Assembly (NCBI RefSeq): GCF_009914755.1 | Contig: NC_060935.1 | Reading direction: 5' to 3' (one strand) | Length of the DNA stretch: 64,000 bases | Source of the DNA: the human T2T-CHM13v2.0 reference genome, Homo sapiens | Shown: one piece after another, positions 1-11,445 of the stretch | Numbering within the stretch: position 1 is the first letter of the stretch | Layout: every line of letters starts with the position of its first letter | Position numbers and translations under genes: made by a program | Notes under the pieces: generated by a model | Seen by the model: the letters and a program-made list of their open reading frames with translations, nothing else | Database searches by the model: none | Told to the model about the DNA's origin: nothing

Positions 1-494
1 ATAAATATGTGAGAAATATGGGAACTAGTATTTAATATAAGGAGAACTCTAAGGACTTGAGAAGAATTCTAGAAATGATTTTCTCTTTGTGGATGTTTAT
101 ATTGAGGGTATGATATCTAATATTAATTCATTAATTTATTCTAATATTAATTCATTGAAAGATATTTTATGAGTACCTAGTCTATGTCAAATATCAACTT
201 AGAAAATTAAGGATTAAAGAAGAAAGAAAACACACAAATCTTGCAATGGAAATGAGAAAAGCAAATGGTCACCATGCAGATATGTGAAGTACATGATGTG
301 TTAGAGTGTAGTAGTGTCTTTGGAGAATAATCAAGCAGGAAAGTAGAAAAGGAGCACAGAGGCCAGGGACTGGGGCTGAGGGTTTGAGTTTTAAATAGGG
401 TGGTCAGAAAAAAGGCTCATGGAAAAATTCACACTGAAACAAAATCTTGATCAGGAGGAAATATACATATCCTCCTGTTTGCCTTCCTCTTCTT

Positions 495-690
495 CATAAA
501 TATATGAATATGTATGTGTATCTGGGTGTTGGTATATATATATATATATATGGATATATTTGAGGAATATATATATACACACACACAGATACACGTATAT
601 ATTCCTCATATATCCATATATACCTATATTTGAGAAATATATATATGAGTACATATATGAGAAATATATATATATATGTATATATGAAAA
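495..690. repeat. (TA)n/(CA)n low-complexity intronic tract
   Basis: Degenerate TA/CA dinucleotide runs. The equivalent intron position in the TRIM49D paralog (59722-59830) carries a (CA)n tract. Confidence 0.85.
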
Positions 691-3609
691 TAATTCTAGG
701 TATAGAAAACAGCATGTGCAGTAATATTTAATTTGCATTTATTTGGGGGTTTGAGGAACCACAAAGAAGTCCATGTTGCTGATTAGTGTGAGTTTGGAAG
801 AGAATAAATGAAACCTTATTAGAATATGTTATGCTGGGTGAAATGCATTGAGTTGACAATGCTAGTCTGGGTCATGTCATCATTTGTCGTATAATGGTTT
901 TACATAACTTGCCCCAATTCTCCAAAATAGAAATAATGGTTTCTTACCTAGTCAATATAACTCGATAGTTTGATTCTTAAGCAAGAACTGTGTTTTCTTT
1001 CTATAAATGTGGTGTGGAAGAGAGAAATCCATTTTTATATAACTATCTTAGAAAGCATTTTATCATTAATCAAGTAAATGTAACTGGGCAGAAACAACTA
1101 TGTTGATATTAGTACAGAAAAAAAAGGAAAGGAATAAAATTTTGTGGAATCTGAGACTTGACAAGATTGAGGATTAAAATATTGGGTGTTCAGAATGCTA
1201 AGAGGAATCAGTGAAATTCAAGAGAAGATGGATAAAACATTTCTATTTTGACTAATTGTCACTGCAGGATTATGTGAGTTTAAGGACAGAAGCAATCAGA
1301 GCTGAATATCAGAAGATGCCTGCATTTCTCCATGAAGAAGAGCAACATCACTTGGAGAGGCTGCGAAAGGAGGGCGAGGACATTTTTCAGCAACTCAATG
1401 AAAGCCAAGCCAGAATGGAACATCCCAGGGAGCTTTTAAGAGGAATGTATGAGGATCTGAAGCAAATGTACCATAAAGCAGATGTGGAGCTACTCCTGGT
1501 ACGGACTGACCATGGGGTATCATGATGTTGAACATTCACATACATGGGTGTTTTTCCTCTCTCCTGAAATCCGTCTCCCCCTTCACTTCCATTATTTGTT
1601 TCCAAAAACATGATTCGATAACTAATGCTACTTGGTTGGGAAGGTATAGCCTCTCCTAGTGATTCTACTAGACCGAAGGTCCCTCCTACCTTATCCACCA
1701 GCAACAAAACTTTGTAGAATGGCTAAGGTAACAGACAGCCCCAAGAAATATTTCCCATCAAAAGTCAGTGATTTATTTAGGATTTTTGAAAGTGGATAAA
1801 ATGAGAAGTGATTCATTGGCATTTAGGCTAATTTGGAGACATGGCATGATGGAGAAGTTGGGGAATCTAGGATCACACTAATATTATTTTGGGGTCCACT
1901 CATTTTGGTAACAGGGCTTAGGGAAGATGACTGAGTAGCTTCTTTATGGTTACCACAGAGCATAGACTCTGTGGGCCTCCCTCCTCTCCCTTCACTTGTA
2001 AAGAGAATGTCTTCAAGACTTAGACTTTATCAGGACATTAATTCATGACATATGATAGACTGGGATTTTCATGAGAAAAGAAACAGAAAATGCTTTCCAG
2101 GAGGGAACATTGTAGGAAAATATCTTCAGAAACTGTCTCCAAATCTCACACTGAACTTAGTGGAAGATGCGTCTTGTGGAAAGCACTAAGCCTTTCTATT
2201 TTTTTTTTTTTTACAGGCTTTTGGAGACATATTACACAGGGGAGTGCATACCAAGATTTTAGCAGATGCTTTCAGTTTCCACAAATATCAAGCAGGAACT
2301 TTGATATTGAAGGTATAATGGATTCAGATAGTGACACTGCCTTGTGCTGGTTGTACTTTCTCCATCCCCCACCCCCATGTAGTCATCTATTTTGTTGCCA
2401 TACTCAGTGACTTTATTAAGCAGCTCAATGAAAGTTCTGCAAAACCAAAAAAATAAATAAATAAATAAATAAATAAAACAAAAAATAAATAAATGAAAGA
2501 AAAATCAAGGAAGTGAGCATCTCTATTCCTAATTTCCTTTTTATTGCTCAAAAGCCTTCATATTTGAAAGAGAAAATATTACATTTACTACATGGCTACA
2601 AAGTCAACCAGGGGAAGCCAGAGAGAAGAGGGGAAAGTATCTTAGCAGTGAAAAGTGTTGATGATTTCTAGTTTATATTTAAATATATAATTCTGAAAAA
2701 TGGATGAAACAAACTATTTGGAATGTTTGAACCGTGTAGGCCTCCAGAGAACCTCAACTATAAAAGGCAGATCTCCCTGCCTGGAGCAAGTTTCAACACC
2801 CTGGCCTTGAGAAGGAAGCAACAGATGCAGCAGTCTTAAAAATAACCCCACTTTTCCAGACAGTGATTTCAGGAATTTCTGGTGAGGTCTGGAACCCAGA
2901 ATTTCATTTTTCAATATTCTCCCAGTCTTAAGACTAATGATCCTTACTAATTTGGAGCAATACGAAGAAAGATCCGAATGAATTCTCAGTCAGATAGACT
3001 TTTCCATCGTGCTTGAAAATCAGGAACTGTGAATAAGAATGGATTTGAAAAATAAAATGATAATTTTGGAATTAGCAAATGTGTGGGTTAAAGGGATTCT
3101 CATGAAATGTCTTTTAAATAAAAGTGGTGATTTTTATGTATTTTTTTTGGCTGTAGATGTGGTAACTGTATCTTTCTCCTTGCAGGTATGAGTCCCCGCT
3201 GCTGCAAGTGTCTGAGCCTGTGAATCCAGAGCTCAGTGCAGGGCCCATCACTGGACTGCTGGACAGGCTCAGTGGATTCAGAGGTGAGCGTCAGCCCATT
3301 GGCAGAATTCCCACAGTGTATTACTTCTTGTTAGAATCATGGGGGTAATATTTTACCCTTCATCAAATCTTTATTTCATTTCAGCAGGAAGTGAACCATA
3401 TGACTATGCAACCCTTTTATATCTGTGTTTCTATTTATAGACCAATTTATAACATGAAGAGTAAAACATAGTGAAAAACAAATATGTTCTGGGATCACAT
3501 GTATAGAGTTATATATTGGGTAAATGGAATGACATAAGAAATAAAAAATTGAATAAATGGAACAATGCTCAGAAGGAAGCGTAATAATCCAAGGTTACAT
3601 AAAAATTTT

Positions 3610-3700
3610 GGCACATGTTCTCAGGATCTCCTGAGGGCTGTGTCACAGACCATGGTCACTCATATTTGGCTCAGAATAAATTTCTTTAAATATTTTACAG
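3610..3700 (+). mobile_element. ERV1 MER4-group LTR 3' fragment (R region), probably 5'-transduced with the SVA
   Basis: ggcacatgttctcaggatctcctgagggctgtgtcac...catatttggctcagaataaa...aaatattttacag matches the recalled MER4/LTR8-type LTR 3' end. It is absent from the paralogous intron site at 56815-56880. Confidence 0.7.
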
Positions 3701-5280
3701 CTCTCCCTCTCCCTCTCCCTCTCCCTCTCCCCACGGTCTCCCTCTCCCTCTCTTTCCACGGTCTCCCTCTGATCCCTAGCCGAAGCTGGACTGTACTGCT
3801 GCCATCTCGGCTCACTGCAACCCCCCTGCCTGATTTTCCTGCCTCAGCCTGCCGAGTGCCTGCGATTGCAGGCGCGCGCCGCCACGCCTGACTGGTTTTC
3901 GTATTTTTTTGGTGGAGACGGGGTTTCGCTGTGTTGGCCGGGCTGGTCTCCAGCTCCTAACCGCGAGTGATCCGCCAGCCTCGGCCTCCCGAGGTGCCGG
4001 GATTGCAGAAGGAGCCTCGTTCACTCAGTGCTCAATGGTGCCCAGGCTGGAGTGCAGTGGCGTGATCTCGGCTCGCTACAACCACCTCCCAGCCGCCTGC
4101 CTTGGCCTCCCAAAGAGCCGAGATTGCAGTCTCTGCCAGGCCGCCACCCCATCTGGGAAGTGAGGAGTGTCTCTGCCTGGCCGCCCATCATCTGGGATGT
4201 GAGGAGCCCCTCTGCCTGGCTGCCCAGTCTGGAAAGTGAGGAGCGTCTCTGCCCGGCCGCCATCCCATCTAGGAAGTGAGGAGCGCCTCTTCCCCGCCGC
4301 CATCCCATCTAGGAAGTGAGGAGCGTCTCTGCCCGGCCGCCCATCCTCTGAGATGTGGGGAGCGCCTCTGCCCCGCCGCCCCGTCTGGGATGTGAGGAGC
4401 GTCTCTGCCCAGCCGCGACCCAGTCTGGGAGGTGAGGAGCGTCTCTGCCCGGCCGCCCCATCTGAGAAGTGAGGAGACCCTCTGCCTGGCAACCGCCCCG
4501 TCTGAGAAGTCAGGAGTCCCTCCGCCCGGCAGCCGCCCCGTCTGAGAAGTGAGGAGCCCCGCCGTCCGGCAGCCACCCTGTCTGGGAAGTGAGGAGCGTC
4601 TCCGCCCGGCAGCCACCCCGTCCGGGAGGGAGGTGGGGGGGTCAGCCCCCCGCCCGGCCAGCCGCCCCGTCCCGGAGGTGAGGGGCGCCTCTGCCCGGCC
4701 GCCCCTACTGGGAAGTGAGGAGCCCCTCTGCCCGGCCACCACCCCGTCTGGGAGGTGTACCCAACAGCTCATTGAGAACGGGCCATGATGACAATGGCGG
4801 TTTTGTGGAATAGAGAGGGGGGAAGGTGGGGAAAAGATTGAGAAATCGGATGGTTGCTGTGTCTGTGTAGAAAGAAGTAGACATGGGAGACTTTTCGTTT
4901 TGTTCTGTACTAAGAAAAATTATTCTGCCTTGGGATCCTGTTGATCTGTGACCTTACCCCCCACCCTGTGCTCTCTGAAACATGTGCTGTGTCCACTCAG
5001 GGTTAAATGGATTAAGGGCGGTGCAAGATGTGCTTTGTTAAACAGATGCTTGAAGGCAGCATGCTCGTTAAGAGTCATCACCACTCCCTAATCTTAAGTA
5101 CCCAGGGACACAAACACTGCGGAAGGTCGCAGGGTCCTCTGCCTAGGAAAACCAGAGACCTTTGTTCACTTGTTTATCTGCTGACCTTCCCTCCACTATT
5201 GTCCTATGACCCTGCCAAATCCCCCTCTGCGAGAAACACCCAAGAATGATCAATAAATCAATAAATCAATAAAAAAAAAA
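3701..5280 (+). mobile_element. SVA retrotransposon, full length (SVA_D-like)
   Basis: CCCTCT hexamers ~3701-3731, antisense Alu-like domain, GC-rich VNTR ~4135-4755, SINE-R (HERV-K env/LTR) ~4756-5255, then AATAAA and a patterned A tail. Confidence 0.97.
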
Positions 5281-7507
5281 TTTTACATTTCTTTACTGTA
5301 TTTCATTTGAATTGTTAAACACATTTCATTAGAGAATAGAGTTCACTGCAGTTTGTTGGAGTATTTGTACTTTCTTACAATAAATATATATTATTGATAT
5401 AATGTAAAATTTTGATTTAACATGTAAAAAGAAAGAAGAATTATTACGTAAATAGGAAGTAAAAATGGAAATGATAATTTCAGTTTAGTTACAACATGAA
5501 GAGCTACGTGTAAAATCTAAAATTCGGTTTCAGTCTAGAGCTGGCAGGGATGTCCACAAAGTGACTGGTAAAAGATTTTGCAAAAATCTGCCTTAAATTA
5601 CCACTTATAATTTGAATATATGGACTTTTATCCAGTTATCTAGAGCGGTGCTTGAGGAAGCTAAAATCTTCCCATTCTTGCCAAAATTATATCACTAGTA
5701 TTTAAGAACAAGAAATATTTTAATAATAATGACCTTGATAGCTAAAGGGCATTCAGGGCATAAAATATTTCACTTTTACATTGGAGACTGGATTAAAACA
5801 GGCTGGTCTCATATTCGACTCTCAATTTTTAAGTTTTCAATAAATTTTCAATGTCTGTTTTTAGGGTTTTGTTCTTCCTATAGAGAATATTAATCATCCT
5901 TATACTTTATTAAATGTTGTAGTCACAATTCTCCTGTCCTTGTAACTTCAAATTTCTTGGTAAAGTAAACTCTTGGTAGAACAACTTTTCCCTCAAGAAT
6001 TCTAATTTCTATTAATTACATGTATCTATATTTTTTAAAAATTATTTTTGCAGTTGATTTTACTCTGCAGCCTGAAAGAACCAATAGTCATATCTTCCTG
6101 TATGGAGATTTGAGAAGCATGAATGTTGGATGTGACCCTCAAGATGATCCCGATATCACTGCAAAATCTGAATGTTTTCTTGTATGGGGGGCTCCGGCTT
6201 TCACATCTGGCAAATATTATTGGGAGGTTCACGTGGGGGACTCTTGGAATTGGGCTTTTGGTGTCTGTAACAATTATCGGAAAGAGAAGAGACAGAATGA
6301 CAAGATAGATGGAGAGGAGGGACTCTTTCTTCTTGGATGTGTTAAGGAGGACACTCACTGCAGTCTCTTTACCACCTCCCCACTTGTGGTGCAATATGTT
6401 CCAAGACCTACCAGCACAGTAGGATTATTCCTGGATTGTGAAGGTAGAACCATGAGCTTTGTTGGTGTTGATCAAAGTTCCCTGATATACACCATCCCTA
6501 ATTGCTCCTTCTCACCTCCTCTCAGGCCTATCTTTTGCTGTAGTCACTTCTGACCAGAGAAAAGTCAGAAATGTGTCTATATGCTCTGGGAACCTGTTTA
6601 TCCCAGAAAGCCCTCTTTTTCGCACCTCATCAAACGGGACAAATAAGTTACATTTAATGTCTTTAGTTGCATTCTAATGTCATCAAAACTCATTTATAGT
6701 GTTTCTATTAAATATGGTGAAAACACTAAAACCATGTGTATTGGTTCCTTTTTAAATCATTTTTGGAAAATCATTACCCATGATGTATGGCATAGAATAT
6801 ATTCTCTGGTTTTTAATTATTTCTGAATGTCACAAAGTGAAATAATAGATGACAGAGTTGTCTAAATGAAGTTAAAATCAATGGAAGAAAGTAGAGATCT
6901 TGGGCTTCATGAAAAAACTTGGAGTAAAAAGACTCAATGGTAACCTGGAAATATTTTCTTTCTCTTCATCTAACAATATTATACTTATCCATGTGTTTTA
7001 TTTATGAACCTATACTTTGAGGTAATCTTATTTGACCTCCTATGCTGTGCTTATCTTTGTAAATCTCATCTTACATACAAAATGCTCATGCATTATTAGA
7101 GTGCTGTTCTACAGTGAAATTTACAAGGGGATCAGGACAATGCTGGATCAATTAAATATTCAAATGGACATAACTGAATACTGACCCCTACCTCAAACCA
7201 TACACAGTGCATTTCCACATGGATTCATGTTCTGAAGGTGAAGGGAACACAATAAAATATTCTCACACAGAAAGATTTCCTAACCAGGACAAAAAAGTAA
7301 CAATTAAGAAGAAAAATTTAGTTAGTTTGTATCAAAAATGATGACTTCTGTGTTTCAAAATACACCATCCAAGAATTAAAATGCAAACCAAGAGTGGAGA
7401 AACATATTTATCCCAACATATATGCAATAAAATACAATACATGTGATTAATGAATGTAATAAACAAAAGAAAATGAACCCAATATAAACTTGGGAAAATA
7501 TTTGAAC

Positions 7508-9435
7508 AGCCGGCCTCTGGGGCTGGAAGGTGGGCACGGGCGCCTTGCTGAGGCGGACCCGGGGCACCACCACGCCGGGCCGCAAGCTGCTCCGCTGCAG
7601 GCGCTGCAGGGGCAGGAGGCTGGCCTTCCGCGGGGCGGGGTCGCCAGAGCCCCAGGACCCTGGCAGCGGGGCAGGTGGGAGGCCGGCTCTTAGGGAGCCC
7701 TCCCGGGAGCCCGCGGCCTCTGGGCAGGGCGGCTTGTGCTGCTCTGCGCTCTCCGCTTCGCCCGCCTCCTGCGCCTGCCTCCCCACCCCCAGCCGCGCCG
7801 CCAGAATTTCCTGAGCCGCCAGGATTTCCTGCACCGCCAGCCGCCTCTTCCCCACGCACAGGGAGCTCTGGGGGCACACGGTCTGGCACGCGAGGGCCAC
7901 GGCGGGGCTGTTAGAGGCTGGTGGTCATCCTGACCATGTGGTCCAGGGCGCCCCGGTCCTCCGGGCCACGCACGGAGCGCGGCGTCAGCGTGGACAGCTC
8001 GCAGTCCCTGACCCTCTGCAGGCAGTTCTTCGAGCCCTCGGGCTTCCGCACCCTCTCGTGGAGCGGAGGCAGCTCAAGCTGGTACTTTTTCCCCAGCCGC
8101 TCCTGGCAGGGGCGCTCCAGGAGCCTCTGCATGAGACGGACGTGTAAGTGGCCACTCCTCTGGCGACCTCCCACGGCGGGGGCCCTCGCGTGGACACCCG
8201 CCCCTGCTAGCTCAGGGCTCGGATGCGATCGGTTCGACCCTGCATGGCGGCTTTCAACCCGAACGCGTCCATCCTTCAAGGTCAAGACCCAGGACATAGT
8301 TCAGCAAGCAGTTGGTGATGATAGCGTGCCCTGACTGGGCCAGAACAGCCTCTTTAGTAAAACAGCGCAGGAAAGTCATGAAACAGATGCTCAGCTCCTT
8401 TCTTCATTTTCACTTTAATTCCGTGATGCCTCTGTGTCCGTCTGACGACATCTCTCCTGGGGTCTGGGACTCTGCTGGTCTTCAATGCCTACTGAGAAGG
8501 GTTCCTGGCCATCATCAGGCATGAAAACCTCAAAGCCCTCCTTCCTCAACGTGGGATCCCTGGGCCAGCGGCATCAGCCTCACCAGGAAACCTGTTCTTC
8601 TGCTCATTCTTGGGCCCCACCCCAGGCCTATTCAAAGAAAGACTCCAGGGCAGGGCTTGGCAGCCTGTGTTTCCACCAGATCTGTGTTAAAGCTCAAATG
8701 AACCAGCCCAGGTGATGCTGACGCAGGAAGCGCAAGGCTGAGAGCCAGCGTCTAAGGCAACTGTGCCCATGGGGCCAGGGGCAGCTCCTGCCTGTGCAGC
8801 TATGATTAGGGTTGCGTTCCCCTCCCTGTCCTGCCAGTTGACTTCAATGTGGGGGCACTCAGCTAAGGCCACCACGGTATATCCACAAAGCCGTGGTAGC
8901 AGGCGACATTAAGGCCGCTCTGGCCATTGTGGTCAGTCTCCTGAGCCTTCTCAACGCTCACCCCCCGCCGCACCAACGTCTGCAGCAGCCCCACGCCTCC
9001 AGGACGCCCTCCTCCAGGACGCCCTCCTCCAGGACGCCCTCCTCCAGGACGCCCTCCTCCAGGACGCCCTCCTCCAGGACGCTCTCCACGCCCTCGACGC
9101 CGTGCTCCTCCTCCTCCTGGAAAGGGTAGAAAGAGTCGTCCCAGGCGATGCTGCGGGTGTCGGGCAGACTGGAGAAGTCCTGGAACTCTTTGTAGTCAGC
9201 GCGGTCCTCCTCGACCTGTGTGCCTAGGAGTGGGGACGGCGGTGGCGGGGTCATGCAGCGCGCCCCGCCACCCTGCGGCTGGGTCCCAGCCAGCAGCACC
9301 ACGCCGGCGGCCGGAGGCGTGGGCGGGAGGCCGAGGCTCTGTCCCGGAAAGCCTGGTGCGCGCCAAGGTCCCTGCTTCTTGCTTCTGCGTCCCCAGGGAA
9401 GCCCTAGCTCCCGCCCCCAGCCCGGTGGAAACCTC
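7508..9435 (-). pseudogene. ANKRD33B processed pseudogene (ANKRD33BP family), 3'-truncated
   Basis: Peptides (M)[88 protein letters not shown] and [10 protein letters not shown] match ANKRD33B with no large introns. The start codon is GTG (9300-9302) and there are several frameshifts. Confidence 0.93.
8997..9086. repeat. 15-bp tandem repeat (CTCCAGGACGCCCTC) x6
   Basis: Five identical units plus one with a single mismatch; reads as EEGVL repeats on the minus strand. Confidence 0.95.
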
Positions 9436-9940
9436 CCTTCTTTTACATTATTAAGTTTGTTTTTATTTCAATTTTTTAGGACATTGATAAAATCACTTTC
9501 AGATTTTTGAGATTAAAAATTAAATAATTTTCAAGTTTACCCTTTTAAAAATTTGTCACTATTTTAATACTTTTATTTTTTGCGTATTTTAATTATTGTA
9601 ATTTATATCTTCAATTATTAGGGAAGAATTTTAGGAAAGTCTTTTCACATAATAAAGTCTAAGTAATTAACTATTATTTATTCTCTCTATCTCAAATACG
9701 TACTTTAACCTTTTAGAACACTTTATGTTTTGAGACTCTTGTTACTTATGTGACATTTTAACTATTATTCTTCACTCTTCTAGCGAATTTTTAATGTCAT
9801 TCAAAGGGTACATCTTTCTATAGTGAGAATTAAACATAGTTCTCAAAAATATTCTCAAGTATTAGGAATTTCACCTTCCAATGGCATGTTAAGTATGTTC
9901 TCCTTCCCTTCTAATGCATATTCCCCACCCCCCGCCCCCT

Positions 9941-10054
9941 GCTAATTGTGTATTTTAAGTAAAGACAAGGTTTTACCATGTTGAACAGGCCAGTCTTGAA
10001 CTCTTGACCTCAAGTGAGCCACCTGCCTCGGCCTCCCAAAATGCTGGGATTACA
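9941..10054 (-). mobile_element. Alu left-arm fragment
   Basis: ctcttgacctcaagtga...gcctcggcctcccaaaatgctgggattaca. Confidence 0.85.
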
Positions 10055-10621
10055 AAAACAGCAACTAAATGCTGGAATGATGACTGGGAACTTGTCTAGA
10101 GTCTCCACTGATTATCCTCCTCATAACAAGGCAGAAAGCCTTCCTCAGAATTATCTGGACTGACATTACTCATTGTCCAGACCTGTTAACAGACTCCTGG
10201 AACCAGAGCTGTGAGTCTCAAATGTGCTCCTTCAATAATGCAGTAGAAGGCCTGAGTTTCCACATAGTGGTATCCTTGAATGCCTGGAGACTTTTAAGGC
10301 TTAAGAACGTACTGATCCTATGAACTGTATGTTTTGTAAAATCTCAGGTTATGTGAGGTGCTTGGACAAATTAAGTTTCAGGGTGATATCCACTATTGAG
10401 ACAGAAAATTAGTCTAAAGAATTAAGACCTCAAAGTCCAGAATGAGAAAAAATTGTTTTGCTTAGAGCCTCCTTATAATTGTCTTACTTGTTTTATAGAT
10501 ATAAGCACTAGAGGACAAGCTCTACCTGATCTAGCTGGCCTAGACATACGCAGATTCATTAATTGTAGAAGAAAGAATTATACCTTTCAGGTAAAATGGC
10601 TACAAAAAATAATTAGTTGCT

Positions 10622-10910
10622 GTTTTTGAGACAAGTTCTCACTCTGTCACCCATGCTGGAGTGCAATGGCACAATCAGAACTCACTGCAGTTTTATAGTC
10701 CTGGACTCAAGCAATCCTCCCAACTCAGCCCCTGAGAAGCTGGGACAACAGGTGCACACCACCACTCAAGGCTAATTTTCTGTTTATTTTTTGGTAGAGA
10801 TAAGGTCTTACTATATTGCCCAGGCTGATCCCAAACTCCTGGCCTCCAGTATTTTTCTGCCTTGGCTTGCCAAAGCACTGGGATTATAAGTATGGCCACT
10901 GTAACCAGCT
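10622..10910 (-). mobile_element. AluJ-type element
   Basis: Dimeric Alu with J-type ggactcaagcaatcctccc. Confidence 0.9.
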
Positions 10911-11049
10911 TTAGATCAATTTTATTTAATACAGATACCTTCCCAATTAAAAATATGTTATTAGAATTCTCTTAATCCAGCAAAGCAATGTTATTACTGA
11001 CCCAGTCTTCACTTATTTTCAGCTTACATGCAGGAACAAAATTACCTTT

Positions 11050-11445
11050 ATTTTTTAATTTGTTTTATTTTATATTTTCAAGGTGCACAATATGTTGTTT
11101 TGAGATACATGTGCATAAGGAAATGATTACTATAATGAAGAACATTAACAAATCGATCATATCACTTAGCTCTGCTTCTTTTTTATGATAAGAACATCAA
11201 AAATCTAGTCCCTCAGAATATTTCCCAAAAACAATACAAGATTATCTATTATACCTACAGGTTGTACATCAGATTCATTTATTCTACATTACTGCACCTT
11301 TACAACTTTTGCCCTTCATTTACCTATTTTCTTCCCACCAATGTAACCACCTTTTTTAATGTATTAAACTTATAAAAATAGATTTCAAATATGAGTGGGA
11401 CCATGAAGTATTTTTCTCTGTGTGTCTGTCTTATTTCACTTAGGA
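11050..11445 (-). mobile_element. old L1 (L1MA/MB-type) 3' end fragment
   Basis: gatttcaaatatgagtgggaccatgaagtatttt...tcttatttcacttag is typical of an antisense L1M 3'UTR. Confidence 0.6.

Larger units (their letters stand above)
1268..6553 (+). pseudogene. TRIM51BP: TRIM51-like unprocessed pseudogene, 3' half (coiled coil to PRY/SPRY); RING/B-box exons lie before the window. Probably TRIM51BP
   Basis: Exons 1268-1498 (231 nt, [26 protein letters not shown]), 2217-2239 (23 nt, AFGDILHR), 3186-3283 (98 nt) and 6054-6553 (500 nt, VDFTLQPER...IFCCSHF*). Sizes equal the in-window TRIM49D paralog and the peptide matches recalled TRIM51. The donor after the 23-nt exon is GGGAGT, not GTGAGT. ATTAAA at 6707-6712. 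Confidence 0.8.

Noticed and set aside
451-738. YI-rich ORFs (also 52899-53090 and 59505-59905)
   Set aside because: Translations of microsatellites and minisatellites.
3565-5249. Overlapping ORFs up to 167 aa
   Set aside because: They are translations of the SVA Alu-like, VNTR and SINE-R domains.
3688-5287. Alternative SVA TSD aaatattttaca / aaaaattttaca
   Set aside because: It is imperfect, and the paralogous empty site lacks the LTR piece, which favours the outer AAAAATTTT TSD. Not fully excluded.
7332-8334. Long GC-rich ORFs as a functional ANKRD33B-like retrogene
   Set aside because: The start codon is lost, frameshifts and an insertion break the ankyrin region, and the 3' end is truncated.
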